A stretch of 55,601 bases of DNA from an uncultured Candidatus Saccharibacteria bacterium (GCA_964477745.1 CAYZEI010000006.1:1-55601), one strand, 5' to 3'. Numbered from the stretch's first letter, positions 27,334 through 36,678 are shown. Notes: generated by a model from the letters alone, not told the origin. Program-made: numbers and translations.

Positions 27334-29010
27334 ATGTCTAATCGAATATTTTTTATTAGATTATCAAAAATTTTGTTTATTTTTGGTTTTTTAATAATGT
27401 CTTTAATTCTCGCTCCCACAGTCAAAGCCGTGGCCGACATTGAGGCACCATCTGCGCCACAAAGTCTTTCAATTCAAGCCAACACCGACACAACGGTTAC
27501 GTTAAGTTGGATTTTTTCCATAGATAACTCTATGGACCAAATGACATACACTGTTTACGTGGACGGCAATGCCAAAGGCACCACCACCTCAACCACATTC
27601 ACCATTACCGGCTTAAGCCCGCTAACCACTTACGCGTTTACGGCCAAAGCCAACGACAGCTCGGGCAATACTTCGGCCTTGTCCAACGTCCTTACCGCCG
27701 GTACCACAGAAGACCGCGTGCCACCTAAAATTGAAATTTTATACCCGCTCAACAACGCTTCAGTTGACGGAGCCGTAACTTTTACCGCTTCTTCCAGTGA
27801 CGATGTTTTATTAACCGGCTTACAATTTATTCTGGATGACCAAAACTTCAGCAGTGTTTTAACCGCCTCCCCTTTTACAGTAAATTTTGATTCCGGTTAT
27901 TATACCCCAGGCAGTCCGCATCGCTTAAAAGTTCTGGCCTATGACAGTTCCGGCAATATCGGTACAGCCAGTGTTTATTTTATTGCCGGCAAACCCACTG
28001 CCTCTGCCCCTTTAGCCATCCAACCCACACAAATTACCAATAATTCGGCAGTTATTATTTGGCAAACCACTAATGGCACCATTGGCACGGTTAAATATGG
28101 TCTAAGTACGGATTATAATTTACAAACCCAGGAAAATTCCTACTCCACAATCCATAGCGTCACTCTAACCGGGCTCGCCAGCAGTACCACTTATAATTAT
28201 TCCGTTCTATCCAACGGTACCGGCTACACTACTGCTTCCTCATCCAATTATACTTTTACCACATCTGAATTTGCACCGGTTGACCAATTAATAACTTCTA
28301 CCGGCAATCACCCGGACGGCACCCTTATTTTGGACGGCTCCACAGTCTATTTAATTAAAAGCGGATCGCGCACCGCTTTCCGCGATGAAGCGGAATATAA
28401 ATCTTACGGCTATAATTTTACCCAAGCGGTAAATGCAAGCAGTCAAGATAAAGACTTACCGCAAACGGGAATTTTAAAAGCTATGGAAGGTTCACTGGTC
28501 TTAGATAAAGCCGACGGTAAAACCGTTTTTATGGTAGGAACCGGCGCCACCAAACGCGGGTTTTCCTCTGCTCAAGTATTTACAGACTTAGGTTATGTAT
28601 TTAAAGATTTGACCCAAATAAATATGAGCGATTACCAAACCGGACCGGCCATTAATTCTGCCTCCCAGGCTCACCCGGACGGCGCTTTGGTGCTGGATAA
28701 TAAAACTGTGTGGTGGATTCGTGGAAATATCCGACAAGGGTTTGAATCGGAAGCGGTATTTAACACCTACGGCTTTAGCTTTAGTAAAATTGTGCCGGCA
28801 AATTCCGCTGACCTGCAACTGGCGCAAGGAGCGAATGTAAAATTCCGGGACGGTACCCTGGTTAAAGACGGTAATGATTATTTTATTATTTCCAACGAAA
28901 AAAAATTAAAATTTTCTTCCGATTCTCAACTAACTTCTAAAGGCTATAAACTTTCCAATGTGCTTTCCGCTAGCCTAACCAATTACGAATCCGGCGGAAA
29001 TATAAATTAA
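27334..29010 (+). CDS. secreted fibronectin-type-III / Ig-like repeat protein
   Basis: There is a signal peptide after the ATG at 27334. The Fn3 module is 'PSAPQSLSIQANTDTTVTLSW...GLSPLTTYAFTAKA'. There is a second Fn3-like module and 3-4 C-terminal 'HPDG.L.LD..TV' repeats. Confidence 0.8.
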   Translation: MSNRIFFIRLSKILFIFGFLIMSLILAPTVKAVADIEAPSAPQSLSIQANTDTTVTLSWIFSIDNSMDQMTYTVYVDGNAKGTTTSTTFTITGLSPLTTYAFTAKANDSSGNTSALSNVLTAGTTEDRVPPKIEILYPLNNASVDGAVTFTASSSDDVLLTGLQFILDDQNFSSVLTASPFTVNFDSGYYTPGSPHRLKVLAYDSSGNIGTASVYFIAGKPTASAPLAIQPTQITNNSAVIIWQTTNGTIGTVKYGLSTDYNLQTQENSYSTIHSVTLTGLASSTTYNYSVLSNGTGYTTASSSNYTFTTSEFAPVDQLITSTGNHPDGTLILDGSTVYLIKSGSRTAFRDEAEYKSYGYNFTQAVNASSQDKDLPQTGILKAMEGSLVLDKADGKTVFMVGTGATKRGFSSAQVFTDLGYVFKDLTQINMSDYQTGPAINSASQAHPDGALVLDNKTVWWIRGNIRQGFESEAVFNTYGFSFSKIVPANSADLQLAQGANVKFRDGTLVKDGNDYFIISNEKKLKFSSDSQLTSKGYKLSNVLSASLTNYESGGNIN

Positions 29011-29032
29011 AATTTGAATTTAAAAAAAGTTT

Positions 29033-29065
29033 AAGGCAGGAGTCCTGGGTGCGGACGCCTGCCTT
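29033..29065. terminator. bidirectional terminator at the left edge of the accessory region
   Basis: The stem aaggcagg(a)gtcc / ggac(g)cctgcctt has T-rich tracts on both strands. Confidence 0.7.
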
Positions 29066-29095
29066 GTTTGATCTTGGGGCACTTCTTTTTCGGCA

Positions 29096-29521
29096 CTAGT
29101 GGATATAGAACTCCTTGTGTCCCGATCTACGGAACCAGGTAATCCCTTCGCGATCGCTGGTAAACCACACCAGTTCCAAGCACCCCAGGTGATCCTCGGG
29201 ACCCACAGAGAGAGCCTCCTCCTGCTCATCCCTCTCTGTCTGCGTGGCCAAGCGAACCAGCACGGCGTGGGAGAAATTGCTGTACCGACTTACCATGCCG
29301 TGACCCTTGAGCAACTCGTTGGATGTCAGCATCATGGCAGTTATCCTAAGAGCCATTATTTGAGAATCCAGAACTCTGGACCCCATATAGAACAGCCTCT
29401 CCTGCTCGTCTAGGATTAGAGCCCCAGCCGGGTTGCAGGTAAAGCCCATCACTGAATGCTCTTTGCAGAGCTTTGCGAGGGCCTTGTTTTGTCTGGCGAA
29501 CGTTGGATCCGTCTCCTTCAT
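29096..29521 (-). CDS. hypothetical protein (GC-rich cassette)
   Basis: 141-aa ORF with the strong SD 'ggaggtgaa' 3 nt before the ATG. It is preferred over the antisense ORF 29099-29413. Confidence 0.6.
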   Translation of the reverse strand: MKETDPTFARQNKALAKLCKEHSVMGFTCNPAGALILDEQERLFYMGSRVLDSQIMALRITAMMLTSNELLKGHGMVSRYSNFSHAVLVRLATQTERDEQEEALSVGPEDHLGCLELVWFTSDREGITWFRRSGHKEFYIH

Positions 29522-29605
29522 TTCACCTCCATTTTATGCCAAGTTTTTTCGTAGTCAAAACTCAGCGGTAAAGTATTATTTCATAAACCAAAATATAAAT
29601 CAAAT

Positions 29606-29650
29606 AAAAATAGCACGATTTTAACGGCCGTTAAAATCGTGCTATTTTTA
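29606..29650. terminator. 45-nt perfect palindrome / bidirectional terminator
   Basis: 'aaaaatagcacgattttaacggccgttaaaatcgtgctattttt' lies just downstream of the 71-aa gene on the minus strand. Confidence 0.75.
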
Positions 29651-29668
29651 TTCTCTGCAGAATTTAAA

Positions 29669-29884
29669 TTACATTTTTAAAAAATCCAATAGTTTGTAAA
29701 CTATCAAAGCCGGCCAGACCAAGGCTTTTAGTACGCCCAAAACCCCGGCCCAAAAGGTGGCGGAATGTTGAATATAATAAACCGCCGCGCCCAAAACCGC
29801 CAAACCATAAGCCCCACCCATTGCAGACCTGGTATGACAGCTACCACACTTTCCCACACAAGAAGTATTTGTTTCGTTGTCCAT
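29669..29884 (-). CDS. small membrane protein with N-terminal Cys cluster
   Basis: 71-aa ORF with 'CVGKCGSCH' followed by two hydrophobic helices ('AYGLAVLGAAVYYIQH', 'VLGVLKALVWPALIVY'). Confidence 0.6.
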   Translation of the reverse strand: MDNETNTSCVGKCGSCHTRSAMGGAYGLAVLGAAVYYIQHSATFWAGVLGVLKALVWPALIVYKLLDFLKM

Positions 29885-29968
29885 ACATTTTTTTAAATTA
29901 ATTCTCTTCTATTATAATAGCAAAAAGCCTGGTAAAATCCAGGGTCTAATTTTTTTCTTTTATCCAAC

Positions 29969-30006
29969 CATGACATAAATTACGCGGCCGCGTAATTTAT
30001 GTCATG
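29969..30006. repeat. 38-nt perfect palindrome
   Basis: 'catgacataaattacgcggccgcgtaatttatgtcatg' lies between two minus-strand cassettes. Confidence 0.9.
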
Positions 30007-30008
30007 TA

Positions 30009-30044
30009 TAAAAAAAGACCCGCCAAGCTGTGATGCCTGGCGGG
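30009..30044 (-). terminator. rho-independent terminator of the 354-aa gene
   Basis: The stem cccgcca/tggcggg is followed on the minus strand by 'tctttttta'. Confidence 0.75.
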
Positions 30045-30065
30045 CCGTGAAGTGAGCAGTTCTTC

Positions 30066-31130
30066 TTACTTCAGTTGTTGCAAAGCTGCAGCCGCCTCAG
30101 CCAACTTTCGTTCAGCTTCAGCGATTGCCGCATCTTTTTCGGCGGCCTTTTTCTCGTTCTTGGACCTGATGTGGACTTTGCGGCCGGCAACCAGCAAGGG
30201 GTAGAGTTGCAGAACTCTAATTACCTCGCGGTAACTGTTTGCCGGGTAGCCCTTTAAGGTAAGTTCCCCGTAGATTTGAGCCAAGTCTACTTTTTGAATG
30301 TTGGCTCGTTCCGCACGCCATGACAGCCCATGCTGGATAATCTCCCAAAGGACCCGACGAGTCGGGCGGTTGAGTGGACTGTCATGCAGGTGCGAGGCCA
30401 TTCCGTAGCGTACCATTAACTTGGCGATGGTCGGCTTCAGTTTGTGGAAGAACTTGATGCTGCTGTCGAGACTTGCTTGTTCTTCTTCACTCAAATCGCG
30501 ATACTCCACACCGTACTTGTATTCCAAGACCGAACGACAATTCCAGGTTTGCCGGAGAAAGTGTCGAGTAAAGGCAACGGCTTTGGCGTCATATGACGAT
30601 TTACCGTTACAATCCAAGTTCGCCTGGTCACAATTCCAGTAGGTTCCATCGAACCATCGTTCCGGGTTAATGAACCGGATAAACGATTCGGCGAGTTTGG
30701 GTGTCAGGAAATATGATTCGTACTTCATCTTGTTCCCTAAACCGTCGTCACTGGAGAAAACAAAGACCCGATTGCACAACTCCATCCAGGCTTTGTCAGC
30801 CAACATCCTCAGGACTTCCTGTTGGGACATGTTGCCAAAGATGGTTGCCTGCTTGTATTCAGGTACGGTGAAGTTCTTGGGGCTGTTGTGCCCGTCAGCC
30901 ACCGACAAGTAGTGACAGAGCATGTCGATGGTGTCGTCTTGCTTCCCACTAAACTGGAGCAGTTGCAAGCCCCAGTGAAGCAAAGACATGATTTCCTTGA
31001 GGTTACCCGCTTCTACCGCGGTTTTCCACTCCTTAAACCATTCTTCAATGGTTGGCGGGGTGAACTTCAGGTTTCGAAATTCCGGCGCGTTGAGAAACAC
31101 ACCAGATGGATAAAACTGCTTTGAAGACAT
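30066..31130 (-). CDS. hypothetical protein (GC-rich cassette), coiled-coil Ala/Lys/Glu tail
   Basis: 354-aa ORF with the SD 'aaggaggaagacaa' directly before the ATG. No recognisable domain. Confidence 0.7.
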   Translation of the reverse strand: MSSKQFYPSGVFLNAPEFRNLKFTPPTIEEWFKEWKTAVEAGNLKEIMSLLHWGLQLLQFSGKQDDTIDMLCHYLSVADGHNSPKNFTVPEYKQATIFGNMSQQEVLRMLADKAWMELCNRVFVFSSDDGLGNKMKYESYFLTPKLAESFIRFINPERWFDGTYWNCDQANLDCNGKSSYDAKAVAFTRHFLRQTWNCRSVLEYKYGVEYRDLSEEEQASLDSSIKFFHKLKPTIAKLMVRYGMASHLHDSPLNRPTRRVLWEIIQHGLSWRAERANIQKVDLAQIYGELTLKGYPANSYREVIRVLQLYPLLVAGRKVHIRSKNEKKAAEKDAAIAEAERKLAEAAAALQQLK

Positions 31131-31203
31131 TTGTCTTCCTCCTTGTACGTTACACCGCCTGCTAGGCAGCGATTGAATGAATAATACACCAAATTGCCAA
31201 AAA

Positions 31204-31230
31204 TAAAAAACAGCCCCCTGGCTGTTTTTT
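31204..31230. terminator. bidirectional A-tract/hairpin/T-tract terminator
   Basis: 'aaaaaacagccccctggctgtttttt'. Confidence 0.75.
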
Positions 31231-31263
31231 GGTGGACAAGAGGAGTTGTGGTTAAGACAAATG

Positions 31264-31458
31264 CTAGACTTTATGCGGAAATTCGCCCCTAGAGCTAGGC
31301 TTTATATTTGATAAAAGCTTCTTTTTAAATTTTTTAGACACAAAATTATTAATTATAGGGGTGATGATGGCGTACAATGAAATCCTTAATTTTTCTAGTT
31401 GCTCAACTGACATTTCAGTAGGGCCGATTTTTTCTTTAAAGTCTTTAAAAGTTAGCAT
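31264..31458 (-). CDS. small hypothetical protein
   Basis: 64-aa ORF located 26 nt downstream of the 217-aa gene. Weak support. Confidence 0.35.
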   Translation of the reverse strand: MLTFKDFKEKIGPTEMSVEQLEKLRISLYAIITPIINNFVSKKFKKKLLSNIKPSSRGEFPHKV

Positions 31459-31484
31459 GATAGTAATATTTACGTTGCAGTCTT

Positions 31485-32138
31485 CTATTTTCTTTCCTGA
31501 ATAAGTTTATTTAACTCCTGTAATTCATTTTCTAATTTTGTTTTAGTAACTTTTGGGTATATATTTGAGTGTACGATAATATTCAAGTAGCCATATATAG
31601 AATGTCGATTTACCTTGTCAGCGACTCGTAAATGCGCAACAGCAGCGGTAACGGCTGGCATGACAAAGTTTGATAAGCCCTCTCTCATTGATTTAATTAC
31701 CCCTCTAGTATATTCATTACTTACCTTGAAAACTGCTTCATCTAATCGTTTGTTCCTATACTCAGATATCATTTCACGATAGTCTTTGTAAATGTTAAAT
31801 AAATCCTTATTGGTTCTGCTCAACATGTGATTTGCGTTAAGCAGCTTATTTACTAAACCTAAATCTCTAATAGCAAAATGACTTTTATCATCAATAGTCA
31901 TTTCCGCAAAGCTACAAGAGAAGGTGGCGTTATTTTGTAACGCATGTTCCCACATCCCCATAAATTCTATGTTGTCATTTAATTCTGTAAGGTTTAAGGC
32001 GAGTATGCGCTCAAAAGTGCTGATAGCAAGCTTCTCCTGGTTGTATCTTTGATAAGATGCTTGAAGTGCCCATGCTAAAAACGTGAAAATTATTCCGCTG
32101 GGTATGATTTTTATAAGTGGCTCTAAAAATTCCAACAT
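31485..32138 (-). CDS. membrane-anchored helical protein, unknown function
   Basis: 217-aa ORF with an N-terminal TM ('IIPSGIIFTFLAWALQA') and a helical remainder. Confidence 0.6.
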   Translation of the reverse strand: MLEFLEPLIKIIPSGIIFTFLAWALQASYQRYNQEKLAISTFERILALNLTELNDNIEFMGMWEHALQNNATFSCSFAEMTIDDKSHFAIRDLGLVNKLLNANHMLSRTNKDLFNIYKDYREMISEYRNKRLDEAVFKVSNEYTRGVIKSMREGLSNFVMPAVTAAVAHLRVADKVNRHSIYGYLNIIVHSNIYPKVTKTKLENELQELNKLIQERK

Positions 32139-32193
32139 ATTTACATAATTAGTTTATTAACTACAGTTTACTCTTATTGAAGGTCAAAATCAA

Positions 32194-32217
32194 AAAACCG
32201 CTTTATTTAGCGGTTTT
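32194..32217. terminator. hairpin aaaaccgc/gcggtttt
   Basis: An 8-bp stem with an 8-nt loop and A/T tracts on both sides, lying between two transcription units. Confidence 0.55.
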
Positions 32218-32485
32218 AGATAACACATGTGGGGAGTTAAACACCTAGTTAAACACAATATTCCTTATATTTAAAAGCTTTTTTAGAATAAATACCAAAA
32301 AAACCTTATCTGGTGGACAAGACGGGAAATTCGTCAAACAGGCTATTTGACTATCTTTCCAACTTTTGGCGGTATTACCAATCTAGTATTACACTTCAAG
32401 ATTTGTTAGTAAATGCGTAATTTTTATTATAAGGATTAACCACAACCCGGGTATTAAACAATATGAACGGCGCAAGTGATTTTAT

Positions 32486-32779
32486 TTATAATCTCTGGTA
32501 CCAAGCAACAATCCTGCCAACAATAAAAAATATTATTCCGTAGCCAATAAGCAAAGTACCGGGGTTATTAAAATCAATACCTGCGGTAGGAGTTGGGTTT
32601 TTACCAAGAACAAAAAGCCCACTTAGAATCATTACAACGGATATAATTATTATCCATTTTCCCGCCTTGCCCGATCGGTTTCCGTGAACAACAACCTTTG
32701 TTGTTCCTCCGATACCCAATAAAGCTGCGATTATAACAACAACAAGTCCGGCTATTATATTTATAAATAATTGGCTCAT
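32486..32779 (-). CDS. small three-TM membrane protein
   Basis: 97-aa ORF with three hydrophobic helices. It is the last gene of the 36589->32486 operon. Confidence 0.6.
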   Translation of the reverse strand: MSQLFINIIAGLVVVIIAALLGIGGTTKVVVHGNRSGKAGKWIIIISVVMILSGLFVLGKNPTPTAGIDFNNPGTLLIGYGIIFFIVGRIVAWYQRL

Positions 32780-32785
32780 ATATAT

Positions 32786-35029
32786 TTAATTTTCTAAAAC
32801 TTCTTTGAACTTCCAAAAACGCCCGCCGCCTATGGGTATTAAGGAGTCGATTAAATCATAAGTTTGCTGCTTTGTAGTCGGGTTTTGGTATAAAATTTTT
32901 AACACCGTAAGTAACTCTTGGTCAATGTACATAGAGGCGTGGTGTTGTATGTCAAACTTATCCGGGTCACCAAGAAATAACCTTACAATTTCCAAAGTCT
33001 GCTCGGGAGACTCTAAAGCAAATTTATCAAGTAAGTGCATGAGGCCGTATTCCCATTCCAAATCTCCTTTAGTCTTCTGTAAAGTCCTTCTAACATGCTC
33101 TGCTAGCCATTGAGTGTCGAATATCTTATTTTCAGTACTTAGCCAATAACCGAATCCATTTAATATTTCTGGGGAAGAGATATTCTCAAGCGCCCAGTCC
33201 CACAGTTTTTTTAATTTTTCTATATCAATTTTTTGAGACTCAAACCAAATTCGATCCTTATCTTTAGAAAAGGCGTATCTTCCAATAAAGGAGAAAAATT
33301 CTTTTTGTCGCTTAGTATTTTCTTTACTCCAAAAATAAGTAAATAGTTGATTCTGAAAATCAAATTCTGGGAAATGAACAAACGCCAATGCTAAATGGGT
33401 AGCAAGGCCGTCGTCTATATCCTTAAAAGGTTTTCTTTTTTTGAATCCCGTATAATCTATCCCTCTTTTATATAAAGAAGTAAAGTTTTCGAACATTTCT
33501 TTATACACGTTCGTTGATAGATAGCCTTCCCAAGCAGCTAAATATAAGTCCTTTTTTGAAGGGTCTGTAGGGAATATTTTATCAATCAAATTTGTTATCC
33601 ATATTTGGTCACGAAAATAGTAGAAAGGTAAATAGTGACCAAACATAAATTTTATCGATTGTGTATTTTCTTTATCTAGGGTCTTTTCATATAGCGTTTT
33701 AATGTCCGCTGAAATCTTTAACTTTTTTTCCTTATCATTTTGTTTGCTATCTTGATAAACAAACAAATTGAATGCCTCAAATGCTCGACCCCTTACAGTA
33801 TTTATCGCTGTGGTAAAAAGATCGCTATCCTCGGGGGATTCGTCTTTAGGAACAGGATCGGGGTATTCAAGTAAGTAGTCTAAAATACTTAATAAAACAT
33901 CTCTGTTCTTACTGAAATCTAATTGGGGCTTATCGTCACCTCTAAGTAATTCTTGTAGGTCATCACTCATGGCACTATGAACGGCCCCCCAGTTTGATAG
34001 CCAAGAGAGGGTTGGTATTTTCTTACGTTTAGTTTTATCAAAAGGTTCTTCTTTTCCCGATTTAGTAATACTTTGAAACGTTTCTATTAAGTTATTCCAA
34101 TCAACATCTTGGGCAATCTTTTCCTTAATAGATTCTTGTATGCCTCTGAAAAATGAGTAGGTATAATGAGGGTCAACTTTCTGTCTATCAAAGAACAATT
34201 CAGAGTTATTAACATAGTCGGTTAACCTTTTTTTAATATCCATGCGCAAAGTTTCTGCTAATCCTTCTGCGTCCAGCGGATTATAAAAATTCTGTTCTTT
34301 ATCTAATTTAGGTAGATTTTCCGGTGACCATTCTTCTTTTAGTCTAGAAGCAATTTCAACAACAGGAATTGAATTAAATTCCTCAATTGAAACCGGGCCT
34401 TTGCTTCTAATAGAACCGGCTATACCACGGCTTATCGTAGGCGAAGGTTCGTAAGAAGCGTTGAGTGGTTGCTTAAACAATTTTTTAGCTTCATCCCTAT
34501 CTGCTTCTGATAAAAAATCATTTATGCTACATGCAATCGCCCAGCCGTAATGAGTTCGCCACTCTTCCTGGCCAGCTTCGCCAAAATGCTTAAATAAAGC
34601 AGTGATAAACTCTTTTTGTTTTACAGAATCAAAAATAGAAAAGACTTTTTTGATAGTCTTTTCATACTCCGTTCCCATAATTAAAACGGAAGCTTTTTTA
34701 TTTTCAAAAATCCTAAATAGCGCTTTCTCAAGCTCACTTTTAAAAATTTCTGGGCAAAGACTCATCACAAACAATCTAAGTCTCCACATAGACTGACTAT
34801 CGGGTAAAGATTTAATATACTTGTTATATAAATCCTTAACTAGCTTCGGGTTGTCGCATTTTTCACCTATTGCTTTTACAGACAGCAACTTAATAACAGC
34901 TGCTAAATCCCTCACGTCATCCCGGTAGGAAATATGTCGTTCATCGCCAATTTCAAGAGTAAAAAAGTCAACATCAAAAAGATAAAAGGTTTCGCCAATC
35001 AGTACTTGTTTTATCTCCAATAAGCACAA
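32786..35029 (-). CDS. large alpha-helical protein, unknown function (possibly the C-terminal part of a ~1000-aa frameshifted protein)
   Basis: 747-aa ORF with a TTG start in the track. It is helix-rich and W/F/Y/K-rich. It overlaps the upstream ORF by 56 nt in the +1 frame. Confidence 0.7.
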   Translation of the reverse strand: MCLLEIKQVLIGETFYLFDVDFFTLEIGDERHISYRDDVRDLAAVIKLLSVKAIGEKCDNPKLVKDLYNKYIKSLPDSQSMWRLRLFVMSLCPEIFKSELEKALFRIFENKKASVLIMGTEYEKTIKKVFSIFDSVKQKEFITALFKHFGEAGQEEWRTHYGWAIACSINDFLSEADRDEAKKLFKQPLNASYEPSPTISRGIAGSIRSKGPVSIEEFNSIPVVEIASRLKEEWSPENLPKLDKEQNFYNPLDAEGLAETLRMDIKKRLTDYVNNSELFFDRQKVDPHYTYSFFRGIQESIKEKIAQDVDWNNLIETFQSITKSGKEEPFDKTKRKKIPTLSWLSNWGAVHSAMSDDLQELLRGDDKPQLDFSKNRDVLLSILDYLLEYPDPVPKDESPEDSDLFTTAINTVRGRAFEAFNLFVYQDSKQNDKEKKLKISADIKTLYEKTLDKENTQSIKFMFGHYLPFYYFRDQIWITNLIDKIFPTDPSKKDLYLAAWEGYLSTNVYKEMFENFTSLYKRGIDYTGFKKRKPFKDIDDGLATHLALAFVHFPEFDFQNQLFTYFWSKENTKRQKEFFSFIGRYAFSKDKDRIWFESQKIDIEKLKKLWDWALENISSPEILNGFGYWLSTENKIFDTQWLAEHVRRTLQKTKGDLEWEYGLMHLLDKFALESPEQTLEIVRLFLGDPDKFDIQHHASMYIDQELLTVLKILYQNPTTKQQTYDLIDSLIPIGGGRFWKFKEVLEN

Positions 35030-35741
35030 CCTCTTTCATCACTTTTGTGACCAAAGCAAAAGCGTCGGCTAAATTTGATTCGTCAACTTTGGCTAGGCGG
35101 TCAAATATTTGAGTGTGACCTAAGTCAGTAAAGTAAAAGGGGTTGTCTGTAGAAATACCTTTATTCGTTTTTGCAATATCTTCGGACGTTCGAACTGCTA
35201 GAACGGCCTCTGCTATTTTAATCAAGCTATCATAATCTTTAGCTTCAGCAAGTTTTTCAAAGATTTTTTCATACTCAAAACCCCACCGATTGAAACCCGC
35301 CATGAGCTTTGGCCAGTTCTCGTTTCGGATTTTTTCAGCCAAATAACCGATTTGTTTAGCTGGAAGCTTGCTGGTTATCCATAAAAATCTATCAACTACT
35401 TCGGGGTTAAAAGAATCTTTTGAAATTGGGACTTCCAAAATTATCCGGCTAACTTTTTCGGGCTCCTTTTCAGCAATATTGACTAAATAATTTAGCTCCG
35501 TGGTTTGATAAGAATACTTAGTTGGATCCGGACTCTTTTCTTTGATTTTATCCAAAAAACCATTCTTCCAAAGCCAATCTAACCACCTAGTATCCGTTTT
35601 TGTAAAAAAGTATCTATTTGCGTCTAGTCCTTGCTCGCGAGAATCACCACGTAAAATTTCCCTCACCTTATTTGGTGTGGTTGCTTCCGGTCCCGCAGCA
35701 GTGACCGCGTCTATTTCTTTGTGAAGTTCTAAATTCTTCAT
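34974..35741 (-). CDS. alpha-helical protein, unknown function (possibly the N-terminal part of the same protein)
   Basis: 255-aa ORF. Its ATG overlaps the stop of the 283-aa gene (ATGA). Confidence 0.65.
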   Translation of the reverse strand: MKNLELHKEIDAVTAAGPEATTPNKVREILRGDSREQGLDANRYFFTKTDTRWLDWLWKNGFLDKIKEKSPDPTKYSYQTTELNYLVNIAEKEPEKVSRIILEVPISKDSFNPEVVDRFLWITSKLPAKQIGYLAEKIRNENWPKLMAGFNRWGFEYEKIFEKLAEAKDYDSLIKIAEAVLAVRTSEDIAKTNKGISTDNPFYFTDLGHTQIFDRLAKVDESNLADAFALVTKVMKEVVLIGDKTSTDWRNLLSF

Positions 35742-36589
35742 ACCAATATCTCAAAGCTAAGTATGGCTCGTACAGCGTCTTCAACGAGCTTAAATTTTTC
35801 CCCGGCATTATCAACTGAAATTTTTCCGTCCCTCACATCAATTAAGCATTTTATCGCTTCATCTAGTGCTGTCAACTGTTGGCCGGCGTTACTAAATCTA
35901 TCAATTTTTTGCAAAGCAAGCAGGGTATTACCAAAAATTCTTATATAAGCTACTGCCGCAGCTTGGCACGAACCATTTTCGGAATTTTTAACCGCAGCTT
36001 CATAATCAGTTCGTGGGTCATAGGAAGAACCTCTTTCGTTAAAAATCCGTTTTATATCTGAATATATAAAAGCTTGCTCGCCGCTCAAAACCGGATCGCT
36101 GCTGGGCGGGGCTGCGGTCGCTTCAGTTGGAGTGCCAAGCCTTTGGTTGCCGGCACCAATGTTTACAGAACTTGCGTATATAGCGAGCTGTGTTGAACCG
36201 TCGCCTCCTTGCATATGTGGGCTATGTTGTTGTATTGGCGCTGAAATATCTCCTCCGGCGGTTGATGTTGCTGAATGAGGACTTTCTGATATTGAAGAGC
36301 TGGCTTCGTTACCTGAATTATCTTCGATAATGTCGCCCTCTGCTAATTGCTGGGTGGAGTTAGGGCTGCCTTCCAACTTTTGTTCGTGTTGGTGTCGAGA
36401 TTTGTCGGTATTTTTATAAAAGAATTTGTAGATATTATTTGCTTTCACTTTGACATCAAAAATCGCGCCGAGGACTGCGCCTAAAATCGTAAAAAATAAA
36501 TCTTTTAAGAAACTAGCCCAACCCGGATGAACTGTGCCCCAATGTGCGACAGAGTCCAATAATTTGGCTATTTCTAATGATACCTGCAT
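35738..36589 (-). CDS. membrane-anchored protein with disordered Ser/Gly/Ala linker
   Basis: 283-aa ORF with a TM ('LFFTILGAVLGAIFDV'), a low-complexity middle and a helical C-terminal domain. Confidence 0.65.
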   Translation of the reverse strand: MQVSLEIAKLLDSVAHWGTVHPGWASFLKDLFFTILGAVLGAIFDVKVKANNIYKFFYKNTDKSRHQHEQKLEGSPNSTQQLAEGDIIEDNSGNEASSSISESPHSATSTAGGDISAPIQQHSPHMQGGDGSTQLAIYASSVNIGAGNQRLGTPTEATAAPPSSDPVLSGEQAFIYSDIKRIFNERGSSYDPRTDYEAAVKNSENGSCQAAAVAYIRIFGNTLLALQKIDRFSNAGQQLTALDEAIKCLIDVRDGKISVDNAGEKFKLVEDAVRAILSFEILV

Positions 36590-36635
36590 AAGTTAAAGTC
36601 AAAAATTTTTCCCTTTACTACGCCTTATTTTACCA

Positions 36636-36666
36636 CTAAAAAATCGGGCTGGCAAAGCGCCAGCCC
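36636..36666 (-). terminator. terminator of the 76-aa gene
   Basis: The stem gggctggc/gccagccc is followed on the minus strand by 'gatttttt'. Confidence 0.75.
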
Positions 36667-36678
36667 AAAGTTATATAG

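Noticed and set aside
29099-29413. The 104-aa plus-strand ORF and the 69-aa ORF 29020-29229.
   Set aside because: They overlap the 141-aa minus-strand ORF, which has a strong SD. The plus ORF has a GTG start without signals, and the 69-aa ORF spans the terminator hairpin.
29531-29558. A TTGACT-16-TAAAAT promoter on the minus strand for the 141-aa gene.
   Set aside because: The -10 ends only 9 nt before the ATG, so the predicted start site would fall inside the strong SD. The two signals are mutually inconsistent, and I did not list it as a feature.
31231-32330. The shared 12-mer 'tggtggacaaga' at about 31231-31242 and 32309-32320, considered as possible att or junction repeats.
   Set aside because: A 12-mer match is expected by chance many times in 55 kb of biased sequence, and the flanks do not align.
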